The notes under the pieces were generated by a model that ran no database searches, was not told the DNA's origin, and worked only from the letters and a program-made list of their open reading frames with translations. The position numbers and the translations under genes were made by a program. DNA of 62,286 bases, the filler included, from Basidiobolus ranarum (taxonomy: Eukaryota): NCBI GenBank assembly GCA_040143965.1. It is 31 parts of 31 records of this genome, joined end to end, with 100 filler letters (N's around TTAATTAATTAA, not from the genome) between each part and the next. Parts side by side here need not be neighbours in the genome. Positions count along the whole stretch, not along the records: positions 22,194 to 24,107 come from JASJQH010010972.1; positions 24,208 to 26,121 come from JASJQH010010973.1; positions 26,222 to 28,135 come from JASJQH010010974.1; positions 28,236 to 30,148 come from JASJQH010010975.1; positions 30,249 to 32,160 come from JASJQH010010976.1; positions 32,261 to 34,172 come from JASJQH010010977.1; 25 more parts are not named here. One strand, written 5' to 3'. Positions 22,194 to 34,272 of this stretch are shown piece by piece; within the stretch, counting starts at the first letter, position 1; every line of letters begins with the position of its first letter.

Positions 22194-23890
22194 CTTCAGA
22201 TTGAGATTTGCGGATGTTTTCATGGAATGTGCTTGAACTAGGCAGAGAAAGGGCACTTGCACTAATTTGAAGTTGGTGGGGCTTCAGTAAGGAAGTACTT
22301 TGTTGGCCAAAGGCCTCATCCCCTTCTTTAGGCTGATATTCTGCTTTACATGATAAGGTATTGGGCTTTCCTTGCTGGCTGCCTGGTCCATATGTGATCA
22401 CAAAATCAGAACTGGCAAGAAATATTGACTATCTTGCTTGACAATGGCTGAGAACTTTGGTTGTACTAAAATACTGAAGATTCTTGTGATCACAATAAAC
22501 TGTGATTTTGTGATTTGCTCCTTCCAAGTATTGTTGCCATTGTTCAAACGCAGCAATAATTGCTAATACTTCTTTGTCATAGATGTCATAGTTGATTTCT
22601 GTGGAAGAGAACTTTCTTGAGTAAAAGGCAACAGGGTGTAGCAAGTTGTCATCATCAAACTGTGATAATACTGCTCCTAGAGCAAAGTTGGATGCATCAG
22701 TTTCAACAATAAGTGGCTTGTCTAGCTTGGGTCATGCCAGGATTGGTGCTGAGCTAAAAGCACCCTTTAAAGTAACAAATGCTTGTTGGCAAGATGAGTT
22801 TCAGTCAAATGGGAGTTCTTTCTTTGTAAGGTTTGTTAATGGAGCAGATATTTTGGAGTAGTTCTTGACAAACCATTGGTAAAAGTTTGCAAAGCCAAAG
22901 AAAGATTTGACATCCTTCATATTCTTAGGAATATCCCAAGACAGAACAGATTCAACCTTCTTAGGGTTCATGGAGATGCCTGATGGGCTGATGTTATATC
23001 CAAGGAATTCAACTTAAGCTTGATCAAATTCACATTTTCAAGTTTAGCATAGAGCCCAGAGGTATACAACTTTTCTAGAACTTGGGAAACAGGAATATCA
23101 TGTTCTTCTTGAGAGCTTGAGAAGACCCAGGTATCATCAAGGTAGATTACCACAAATTGGTCAAGATACTCTCTAAAGATATCATTCATCATGTGTTGAA
23201 AGACTGCAGGGGCATTGGCAAGTCCAAATGGCATGACATTGTATTTAAAGTGTCCATAGCAAGTTTAAAACGTAGTTTTCCATTGGTCTCCTGGTTTGAT
23301 TCTTACAAGATTGTAGGCCCCTCTTAGATCAAACTTTGTAAACACCTTGGCTGAAGCAAGCTGATCCAAGAGTGAGTTGATTAATGGCAAGGGGCACCAA
23401 TTTTTGACTGTAATGTTATTTAGTCCTTGATAATCAACATAGAGATTGAGGGATCCATCCTTTTTCTTAACAAAGAAGATTGGAGAGCCTGCTGGGGACT
23501 TTGAATGTTGGATAAATCCTTTCTCTAGAATTTCTGCAATGTACTCCTTCAGAATTTTTGTTCTGGCTGGGTCAGCCCATCAATGGGCCCAAATGGTGGT
23601 TGCTTTACTTCTTGTAGATCTATAGGGCAATCATATGGGTGGTGAGCTGGGAGTATATCAGATTTCTTCTTGTCAAAGACATCCTCAAAGGCTTAGTATT
23701 TGGGTGGGAGCTTATCAACCATAGGTTTTGTTGGTTTCAGTTCTTCAGCAATACCATCAACGGATATTGGCTTTATAAATGTTTTTAGGAGTTGGGCTGG
23801 TGATGAGTTGGATACTTTGCAGGTTGGCAAATATGGACTAGATGGTGGAGTTTGCTTGAACGTTGTAGTGTTGCATTTTATGCAAACACT
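22194..23890 (-). mobile_element. Degenerate Ty3/gypsy RT-RNase H
   Basis: [69 protein letters not shown]...[18 protein letters not shown]. Confidence 0.95.
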
Positions 23891-24207
23891 TTATTGCAAA
23901 AGTTATCCATAAATCAGCCTTTATTAGCTAAAGAAAGAAACTTGCAGAAAAAGAGCAAAGCAGAAGAAACCAAAATTTCGATCATCAACAGCAGCGTCGA
24001 TACTATCCGAACATGCACAAAACCACAAGATTCGAACTCAGCTAAGCCACAGCTTTCCAATGAATCAAGAATCACTCTGATTGGACCATTATTGGGCAAG
24101 TTAGAGTNNNNNNNNNNNNNNNNNNNNNNNNNNNNNNNNNNNNNNNNNNNNTTAATTAATTAANNNNNNNNNNNNNNNNNNNNNNNNNNNNNNNNNNNNN
24201 NNNNNNN

Positions 24208-24585
24208 TTCAGCTGGATAGGACATCATCACAGTACCCTGGGCAGTCCAGAAGATACCAGCTCCGATACCGAGAATGGCACTAGCAATGATGACAAAGGT
24301 TGGCTTCTTGGTACTGCTATAGTATACGAGGGAGCCAGAGTAAAGAGCGTATGTAAGACCACCACAGACCATGGTCAAACGAGCACCGAGAATATTGTAG
24401 ATAGCACCACCGAACACACCGAAGACGGCGAAGCAAGCGTAAAGAGCAACGTTACCATTTTTAGCGGTGCTGTCATCCATCTGACCACCAGCACCAAGAG
24501 CATTAATCACGTTATACATACCTGGGCAGCAGAAACAAGCAAAGCCCACCAGGATAACCTGGACCATTGGGGAATTAAACCTCAT
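24208..24585 (-). CDS. UNC-93-like MFS membrane protein, 5' part (copy A)
   Basis: MRFNSPMVQVILVGFACFCCPGMYNVINALGAGG...GAGIFWTAQGTVMMSYP, with a minus-strand TATAAATA near 24680. Confidence 0.9.
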
Positions 24586-25266
24586 TGTTGTAAAGGATCT
24601 GTAGTCAAGAAGTGTATAACTCAAGGGAAGATATCCAAAGAAGACTTGATACCTTACCACTAGCATGGTAGGGTTTATTTATAGTATTAATGTTCAGTGG
24701 GGTGGAATTGCCCATTGTTGTACCATAGTATACTGTTCCCGTTATGTACTAATTGATGATATACAAAGTTATTTTGTGGCATGGTGCGTGCTACCAAATC
24801 AGAGTTTAAGTAAGGGATTATCCGGATCAAGAGCAAGTAATGGATCATTTTCCCAAGGACGAGTGGATGTTACATTGAATATGATGGCTCCTTGTACTTA
24901 CTAATGTGCCAACAATCCCTTAAATCGGAAATTTTTGAGACATCCTCGGTTTTTTAGGTGTCGATTGAGTGAAATCATTGAGTGAAATTCCATTCTAGAT
25001 TTCACTATAATTTAAATAGCACTAGTAACGGTTGAAATGGATTGCCACTTTAAAATTTTGAAAAAGATTAATCAGAAGTTTTTTTTAAAAGGCAATATTC
25101 TTTATTTTAGATGTAGTTCAAGTTATGAGCGGATTGAGAGGGAATAAACAAGGGATTCATTCAACTATATACAAGTTAGCGTATTATTACCATCAGGGGG
25201 TTGCTAAATTGTGAATGAAATCGGGAGTAGTATGTTCGGATGTTTGAAATTTCTTTAGTAATTTCA

Positions 25267-26121
25267 TCAATTCGTGGCTGCTTCGATCTCAATCTTTTCA
25301 GGGTCAACATCAGAAGTATCCTTGATACCTTTGGCTACAACAAAGGCGAAAGGAAGAGAAACAGTCAGCAATACCCAATTGATAATGAATTGAGTCATGA
25401 ATGGGTTGCCCTTAGCATCAATATCCCAGGCGATGGCACCACCAGCTGATTGAACTCCCTTGTAGAATCCAGCATAACGAGCAAGAATGCGAGAATCGTT
25501 AGATAGGGCACCCATCAACCAGTAAGCATATGTTTGCAAAACAGCATCGCAGAGACCGTAACAGAGGAACAAGACAAAGAGAGGTCCGTAACCAGGACCA
25601 TTGAGGAAGTCAATATCCTTGGGATGATTTTCACGAGTATACTTGAGTTGAGAAGCAAGACCACCGCCCCAAGTCGCGGTATTAAGAACTGCTACTGCTG
25701 TTAATCCATAGATAGCACGAGTGTGACGGTTGAGCTTGGCGTTATCCAAAAGCATACCCATACCATAAGCACCAACCATCTGGCTGGCCCAGTAGAAAGC
25801 GCTGTTGAAAGAACGAGTACGAACATTGAACAGTACTTCATTCACACCGCCGAATTGGTAAGAGTAGAACCAGTTGGAGGAGATAAACAATGGAAAGAGT
25901 AATAACATATTTTTGTTTGTGAAAAGCTTAAGAATCTCAAGGATTTCACCACCAACATTTTCGAACTTGGCTACCTCAACACGAGATCCATCATTACGAA
26001 CAACCTTCTCAGGAGGAACAATACCGAAACCAAGAAGGGCACCGATGATCATAAGAGCCATGAGGACATAGTATGTGGCTGTACTGACGGCACCCTTGTT
26101 AGAGTAGTAGTTGAGACCGAA
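25267..26121 (-). CDS. UNC-93-like MFS membrane protein, 3' part (copy B)
   Basis: V.RNDGS.V, LLLFPLFISSNWFYSYQF, FNVRTRSFNS, YWLMGALSND, RYAGFYKGVQSAGGA. Confidence 0.9.
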   Translation of the reverse strand, partial: FGLNYYSNKGAVSTATYYVLMALMIIGALLGFGIVPPEKVVRNDGSRVEVAKFENVGGEILEILKLFTNKNMLLLFPLFISSNWFYSYQFGGVNEVLFNVRTRSFNSAFYWASQMVGAYGMGMLLDNAKLNRHTRAIYGLTAVAVLNTATWGGGLASQLKYTRENHPKDIDFLNGPGYGPLFVLFLCYGLCDAVLQTYAYWLMGALSNDSRILARYAGFYKGVQSAGGAIAWDIDAKGNPFMTQFIINWVLLTVSLPFAFVVAKGIKDTSDVDPEKIEIEAATN

Positions 26122-26221
26122 NNNNNNNNNNNNNNNNNNNNNNNNNNNNNNNNNNNNNNNNNNNNTTAATTAATTAANNNNNNNNNNNNNNNNNNNNNNN
26201 NNNNNNNNNNNNNNNNNNNNN

Positions 26222-27201
26222 TAGCCCATTTCCCACTTACTCCTTGGTCTTCCTCCTCACTATCTTCCTGCTCAACGGTGTACTCCCAAACAAATAAAGC
26301 CCCATCTCTACTGACTGTATACATGTTTCTCTGGTTTGCTGAGAAATATACTCCCACAATAGCATCTCTATGGCCTGCGAGAGTGACGGGTGAAAATCCT
26401 TCCATGGGATCAAGAGAATACAATCTGCTAGTCATATCCTTGGAGCTTGAGACGAAAAAGCTGTAAACAAAAGGAGATTAGAAGCGAAATTCAAACTCAA
26501 TCATGTTATTTAGGCTTCGTTACCGAGAATCTGGAGACCAGCAAATAGAAGTGACATCATCGTAATGACCGGTATATGTACGATGAAGAACAAAAGGAGA
26601 AAAGTCGCGGTTGAAACCAGGTGCCTTCCAAACTTGAATATGCTTCCCATGGGTGTTGGCGAAATATTTACCATTAGGACTAAATTGGATATCTCTAACT
26701 CTTTCCTTAAAGTTGAAGTGATGAAGAACAACACGACGTTGGAAGTTGACAAGAAGAGCTCTACCGTCTATATTGAAAATAATCTTAATGCGGGGTTCTA
26801 GGAGGAAAGTAAACACGACATAACAAAATTACCTTCGTCAATAGAGATCAACAAAGAAGCATTGGGAGATAAAGCGATTCTGTCGATATTCTTACGGTTC
26901 TCAAAAGGAAACGTGATTGACTTGTTACTTTAAGAAACAAAACAAAAAATGGATGAGTGGGTTGCCGCTTCTAATATCCATAGTAGTTTGTTTAACATAC
27001 TTGACGAGATCAAAGACAGAAATACGGTTACCAACAGGACTGACTATAGAGTTACCGTCAGGTGTGAACACTAGATTACCCTGTTTATAAACAGTTCCAC
27101 AAAGATTCGAGAACTAAAGAGAAGACAACATGGTTAAACGAATGTGCATAGGTTTATCATGGACTACAACAGGTTGCTCTTACCTTGAAGTCAGATTTCA
27201 T
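26222..27201 (-). CDS. PWP2: Periodic tryptophan protein 2 / U3 snoRNP subunit, 5' part (exons 27184-27201, 27001-27113, 26833-26927, 26524-26767, 26222-26460)
   Basis: Spliced product MKSDFKFSNLCGTVYKQGNLVFTPDGNSIVSPVGNRISVFDL...PFVLHRTYTGHYDDVTSICWSPDSRFFVSSSKDMT. Four canonical introns keep the frame. Confidence 0.95.
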
Positions 27202-28235
27202 TGTCAAAATTCACCAGTGAACTACAGTCCCCAAGTATCAATTGATAAACGCACCAACACTACTATATTATCATGTTTCCTTGAAAAAAAACGAAAATTC
27301 CTTGGATTTATTTTTTTTTCTGGACAGAGATGATGCTTATTCTGGAATGCCATTAGTTACTTGCTATTGAAAAATTCTATATTGTGTTGATCAAAGTCAC
27401 AGATTGAAATATTCAGAAATTGGCTCAGATTCATCGATTGGAAGAGATTATGCTTAGGATATATCCAGAATAATCCTTTTGAAAATGGTCTCGAGAACAC
27501 TGGTTTAATTAATTATATGAAAATTGAGAAGTGTAAACTAATATACAAAGTTACTCAGACTACCTCTTTACAGTAGATTGGAAATTAATACCAACTTAGA
27601 GACTTGAAGTTGTTAATTGATATACTCTGGGCCCTTTCTTGAGCAGGTAGCTTTGATTATTCAATGTATCGACGAAATCATTGAAGTTATCCAGTCGCAA
27701 ATTCATCTCTGTATTGATATCAGTGAGGCGAGTCAACAACGTAAGGTTATTATGATTATTGAGGATATTTGGAGTTTACCTGAGGCAATCTGATATAGTT
27801 GCTGGTATGTGAATCTATTGTTGTACGTAGATTCACTGATACTTTGGAGACGGGCAATGAATCTATGAAAAACTACTCAACACTTGCTCTTGGAAGTATA
27901 GCTCTAAACAATTCTTTCCACAAACCTTTTAGATTCCGATCTTTTACTCATCCCTGTTCCTACGTTGAGGATGAAATCAAACGTCAAGATATAATTATCA
28001 AAATTCCATTTTTGAGAAAGACATAGTACCTAGTTGAGATCTTTGAAAATCTAGATTCCCGAATTCATCCTTGTAGGTTTCAAATAGGCTGTATTTCCTA
28101 CATACCATGAATTTGCTTAGGCCATAGGTTTACTTNNNNNNNNNNNNNNNNNNNNNNNNNNNNNNNNNNNNNNNNNNNNTTAATTAATTAANNNNNNNNN
28201 NNNNNNNNNNNNNNNNNNNNNNNNNNNNNNNNNNN

Positions 28236-30148
28236 ATGATTAGGACATATTCACTTCAATAAAACTTAGGTGCTTATTTTACAGATTCAAATCTTGTCCA
28301 AAACATTTCCAAATCTCCTAAACACTTTTATCTGGTTATGAGTCCCAAGAAGCCAAGGAAAGCACTCTCTACACTTTGTCTACATCTTAGAGACTCTCAA
28401 TTCAGGCACATACAAGCAGCCAAAAATGTTAAAAATGCTTGGGAAACACTTGAGGCAATAATGAGACTCATGGTTTGGCCAATAAGCTATATTTTAGGCA
28501 AAAATTGTTTCCAATTCAGATCAGTTCCAAGGATTCTATGCTTAATGCTATAACTTGGATAATCACTATTGCACATCAGCTCTCATTCAATGGAGCACCT
28601 CTAAATGAAGATGACTTAGTCATCACACCACTTGGGAGCCCACCAAACAAGTTTGGGAACCTCATGATTGTCCTAGAATCAAAATTGGAGCCATTAACAA
28701 TGGAATATGTTGTTAAAAGGCTTTTGAATGAGGAATTAAGGAGATCTATTTCTCAGCAAAATGATGCTGAACAGGAATTTTTTGGAGCTGTAAAAAATTC
28801 AACAGGCTTGAATAATAGTACCCCCAATGTGAAATCAATCATCTGCAATTATTGCAAGAAACTATACCATATATTCAAAGATTGCAGCAAAAGGATTTTT
28901 GCCATCAAGCTAAAATTGGAACAAGCAAATCAAGTAAGCACTGATAGGGATCATATATTTGTGTCTGCCCTAGCAGTAAGCATTGAAGGAGACTCAGAAA
29001 TGTGGTACATTGATTCAGGAGCTTCCCAGCATATGTCAAACAAGAAAGATTGGTTTTACAGCTTAAAATCAATCTAAACAAGGAAAATCTACTTATGTGC
29101 TGTCTATACACTAGATGCAGTTGGTAAGGGCACAGTTGTACTCAATATACACTAAAATTCAGCTACACCATATGCAAAATTGGATGATTTACTTTACGTA
29201 CTACATATATTCAAGAATCTACTCTCAGTTAGCCAAGCAACAGCTTAAGGCCTAAATTTTGTGTTCCGCAAGGCTGGATGCACTATCATGGATGAGAATA
29301 ATACTATATTAGCTAACAGGATCAAAATCAAAACTTATTTAAGTCAGAAAGCAACAAATTGAATTCTGAGCATGCAAACTTGGCCATAGCAGGTGAAATA
29401 TGCTGTCAAATGTGGCTTAGAGGCTGAGGCCACATTAGGGAACAAAAACTGACCCAAATGATCCAAAACCAGCTTGTTTCAGGCTTACAATTGAAAGTAT
29501 CACTAAATTGGATCTGGGTGAAGGTTGCATATGGAAAACATAACTGACAGCCGTTTTCAAGCTCTGGAGAGAGCAAATCCACTCATAATTTTGACCTGAA
29601 TTATTCTGACTTATGTGAGCCCATGAACAACATCTCACTAGCTGGGAAAAGGTACTTAATGACCTTTGTTGATGACCATACATGATATACTTGAGTATTC
29701 TTTCTCAAATCAAAATCTGAAGCCTTAGCTACATTTAATCACTACAAAGCAATGGTAGGGAGAGAATCTGCTCAAAAAATAAGGGTACTAAGGAGTGATA
29801 ATGGCGTAGAATACTGCTCTAGAGACTTTACAAGTTTTTGCTCTTAACATAGAATCAAGCAACAAATTACAGTAGCTTATACTTCACAGCAAAATGGAGT
29901 TGCAGATTGTGCTAATAGGACCATAGTGGGGATGGTAAGATAAATGTTACATTATCAAAAGTCAGATACCAATCTTGGTCTGAATCTGTCTTCACTGCAG
30001 ACTATATCAAACATAGACAAACAAGTAGATTGCTACAAACTTCTAGTCCAATTGAAACCATATCTGGAACAACACCAAGTGTGTATCATCTCAGGATCTG
30101 TGGTTGCATAGCATATTTCCTAATTCCCACTCAAAAATGCCCCAAATT
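28236..30148 (+). mobile_element. Degenerate Ty1/copia: LTR end, PBS (28334-28346), gag, knuckle, protease, integrase
   Basis: GGTTATGAGTCCC follows the LTR end. CNYCKKLYHIFKDC, WYIDSGASQHM, LRSDNGVEY and QNGVADCANRT. Confidence 0.93.
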
Positions 30149-30248
30149 NNNNNNNNNNNNNNNNNNNNNNNNNNNNNNNNNNNNNNNNNNNNTTAATTAA
30201 TTAANNNNNNNNNNNNNNNNNNNNNNNNNNNNNNNNNNNNNNNNNNNN

Positions 30249-32160
30249 AAATCAGCATTTTAATTCTGTGAATACAAACTAGGCCTAAACCAGTGAAATA
30301 AGTTGTTAAATATTGCATAGCAGATGAGGCCACATTGGGAAGCAAATACTGACCCTTTTAATCTGAAATCAGCTTGTTTCAGCATCAGAAAGTGAAAATA
30401 TAACTAAATTTGATATGTGTGAAGGTTGCATGAATGGAAATCATGATAGATAGCCATTTTCCTGCTCTGGAGTCAGTAAATCTACTCAGAATCTTGCCCT
30501 GATTCATTCTGACTTATGCAGGCCCATCAAAAGCATCTCACTAGATGGGAAAAGCTACTTAGTCACCTTTATAGATGACAAAAAAAGATATTCGTGGGCT
30601 TTATTTCTCAGATCAAATTATGAAGCCTTTGCTATGTCCAACCATTACTAATCAATGGTAGATAAAGAATCAGCACCAAAAGTAACATTACTAAGGAGTG
30701 ATAATGGTGGAGAATACTGCCCCAAAGACTTTGCTAGTTTTTGATTTAACATGGAATTAAGCATCAAACAACTGTTCCCTGTACTCAACAGCATAAAGGA
30801 CTTGTAGAGCATGCTAATAGAAACATAGTGGCAATGGCAAGATCAATGTTACATGAATAAAATTTCTATTACCAATATTAGGATGAATCTGTCTCCACTG
30901 CAGTCTATATTGAAAACTAATGCCCAACAAGTTTGCTACAAAAGTCAGCTCCATTTGAAGCCCAATATGGATCAAAACCAAGTGTAGATAATATCAGCAT
31001 CTTTGGTTGCACAGCATATTGCCAAATACCAGCTCAAAAATGCTCTATATTGTAACCAAAAAGCAGAAAATGCATATTTCTGGGTTAAATTGATGGATCT
31101 AAGGCCTACAGATTATGTGATACCAAAAACAGAATTTGATTAAGTGCAGAGATGCGATTTTTGATGCAGAAGCAGATATTTCACCTCAAATAACAGTTCT
31201 TTACCTAGAAAATGCAATCAGCACCATTCAGGAGATATCAGACAAAATTCCAGCTGTATTTGAGCTCTATTCAACCAAAATTCCAGTCCCAATTACAGTA
31301 GAGGATGATTTTGGACCCAGAAGATCATTCAGAAAGAGAAATAAGCCAGGAAGCTGGTGGAACACTTCCAATGATGATGTACATGCTTATGCAGCATTAT
31401 GTGACAAACCACAGACTCTAGATCAAGCTCTGGAGTGTGCAGAATAGAAAATTTGGGAAAAGGTAATTTCTGATCCTTTTTTTTCACTTCAGGACAATAA
31501 AATATGAGCTTTAAGTCCTCTACCATTGGAGAGAAACCCAATAGGTTGTGAGTTGGTCTACAAAGTCAAGAAACAAGCTGATGTAACCACACAATGGTTA
31601 AAAGCAAGATTATTAGCAAAATCTTTTTTCCAGGCTCCAAAAGTTGATTTCAAATTTGTTGCTCCAGTAGCTAAGTTTAGCTCCATTAGATCAATCCTGG
31701 CATTCTCAGCCATTCATTATTTTGATCTACATTAAATGGATGTAAAAAAATCCTTTCTGAATGCAAATGTAGAAGCAGAGTCATGTGGAATATAATAAAA
31801 ATCAGATAAAAGCTATGGCAGATCAGCACTCAGCCATCAGAGCAGCCCTAATTGAAGATGACCTAGTCATGACACTACTTGGGAGCTTGCCAGATGAGCT
31901 TGGGAACCTCACAATTGCCCTAGAATCAAGATCAGAGCCATCAACAATGGAATATGTTGGTGCTAGGCTTTTGACTGAAGAATTAAGGTGATCTATTGCT
32001 CTGCAAACTAAGGCAGAACAGGCATTTTTTGGAGCTGTAAAATGTCCAACAGGCTTGAATAATGGTGCCTCTGATAGGAAATTAATCATGTTAAAGGATT
32101 GCAAGCACCCAGGCCTTTTAATCAAAGATTGCTGAAAAAGGATTTTTGCCAAAAAGCTAA
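30249..32160 (+). mobile_element. Degenerate Ty1/copia integrase and RT start, joined to a second gag fragment
   Basis: HSDLCRP, LRSDNGGEY, KARLLAKSF and APVAKFSSIR, then gag-like LVMTLLGSLPDE from about 31780. Confidence 0.9.
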
Positions 32161-32367
32161 NNNNNNNNNNNNNNNNNNNNNNNNNNNNNNNNNNNNNNNN
32201 NNNNTTAATTAATTAANNNNNNNNNNNNNNNNNNNNNNNNNNNNNNNNNNNNNNNNNNNNCATATTTGATGGTTGCTGCCTCCTTGATTATATTGATAGC
32301 TTTTTCTTTCCAGTTGTCTGCAGTCTCAAGCCATACATTCAGCTTCTGGTTATCAAGCTGTGCCAGA

Positions 32368-32384
32368 GTTTAGGGTTAGGGTTA
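32368..32384 (+). repeat. Short interstitial telomere-type tract (about 2.5 TTAGGG units)
   Basis: Sequence gtttagggttagggttac. Confidence 0.55.
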
Positions 32385-33878
32385 CTTTGCTATGATCAGC
32401 GAAGAAACAAAGATAGGCCCTTTAAGTGACGAACAAACATATTATGGATGGCCCTTGTACTTAACAGGAGATAAAAACTCAACGACGGCTTCATGGCGTC
32501 TCAAATCTGCACATGTAAAACAAGATTTCCAACAGGCTGTGTAATCGTTAATTAGGGGAATATATCTGAAAGAAATACAAAATTCTATCAAGTATTTAAA
32601 CAAATCGTTCTTCGACGAGATATTAATAAATTGACTATGATTCCTATGATTACCACAATTGCACTTAGGGCATCCATTCCATTGCGTAAAGTTATATGGA
32701 AAAGTAAATCCTTTGGAATATATTAGTACTCTCGCCCTTACTAACACCTATACTACGCAAGTGCTTGATGATTTATATCAATTACATATTCGCGTGAAAG
32801 CTATGCTATGCTTGGCAACTATATTGAGTGACGTTTACTGGTAAGCCAAGTTTGTGCTAAGTTATGTAGATTATGTTCATTCTAAAGTTGATAGTGATGA
32901 AATATAGTAAGTATGCATTGATGGCTGAAAAGCAGCATTTTCTTTATTTATACGAAGTTGAAATAGTTGTTAATATGTAAAATTTAATATATTGAACTTC
33001 TGCTATTTTGGTAAACTCCTATTCAACATTTGTTGATTGTGTGAGGTTTACTTGGCGCTAGCCAGCAAGCTTTATATGAGACATGTAATGACCATGGCTA
33101 AAGCCATACTGTTAAAATTTTGGCTCTTATATAATGTAGAATTTAGAAATATAACTGATAATGTACAATTTTAGGGTACGAAAAATGTTGTGCTCAAAAC
33201 TGATTTACTCACTGTACGGAGTATAAGTGTGCATGTTATCGCCAACATTGGTGGAGTCATCTTCATAACATAAAGAACTACCATTTGGGCTCAGCTTAAG
33301 CAGTGTGACAAATAACACGTTAAATCATGCAGTAAATGACGAGATATTGTGATTTGAAATAATACATGCAGAAAACCGATGAGCGATAGTTTACATCTGG
33401 TTTGTGAAAAGTGTAACATAACTATATGTCTAGGACAGCCATCTAATTGCTGTATTTTTACACCCTAACTCCTGAACTTCACGCTATATGATATAAAAGG
33501 CTGTTACCAACTCATCAAGCAAGTCATTATCCATAAGCAATACAAGTAATTAATACATGACTATTGCCTGGAGTTAGTGATGTGATAAGTGATACTTTAT
33601 CAAACTCAATATTGACTTCTTCAAGTTTAAAACTGACAACTCTTGAAGTTACTCAAATCAACATAAGCAGCATCTGATTTTGCTCACTGACTAGTTATTC
33701 ATTACCCGAATAGTTTATTTTATCTGTAAACTCATTATACAGATCATGTAATGAAGATTGAATTTAGTACTCCAACGTTTTAATCTTTAAGCTTACTTCA
33801 TCAACAAGATGAGTATTTAAATCAGGATAGATAGCGTGAAGTCGTTGAGTTAATTATACCTAGTACAAGAAAAATGAT

Positions 33879-34172
33879 TTATTCATCACAACTAGGAATC
33901 TTCGTCGCTCTATGGAGTAATCCCTTCATATCCATTAATGGGATTCCTTCATCTCGACATAGGTCCTTCTGAGTTTTATGGTTACAGTCACACTCGTTGT
34001 GCCAGTGAAGACAGGCCAAGCTCTTGTCCTCAGCTGCACGCGTTTTCATACCAGAATCAAACTGTGGGAATGGCAGTCCTTGGAGAGCCTTGATAGTTGT
34101 ACTCACGCTAAAATCGGCATTTTCATGCTCTACTATACCAACCACGCTACCACCAACCGTCAGGGCCAAGTG
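33879..34172 (-). CDS. Probable C-terminal exon of a hypothetical protein
   Basis: A 96-codon frame open from the contig edge, with higher GC, retained CpGs and the Cys/His cluster CLHWHNECDCNH. Family not recognised. Confidence 0.4.
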   Translation of the reverse strand, partial: HLALTVGGSVVGIVEHENADFSVSTTIKALQGLPFPQFDSGMKTRAAEDKSLACLHWHNECDCNHKTQKDLCRDEGIPLMDMKGLLHRATKIPSCDE

Positions 34173-34272
34173 NNNNNNNNNNNNNNNNNNNNNNNNNNNN
34201 NNNNNNNNNNNNNNNNTTAATTAATTAANNNNNNNNNNNNNNNNNNNNNNNNNNNNNNNNNNNNNNNNNNNN

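Noticed and set aside
23852..24163. 103-aa ORF running into the spacer
   Set aside because: It starts inside gypsy sequence, has no recognisable motif, and its length is inflated by Ns.
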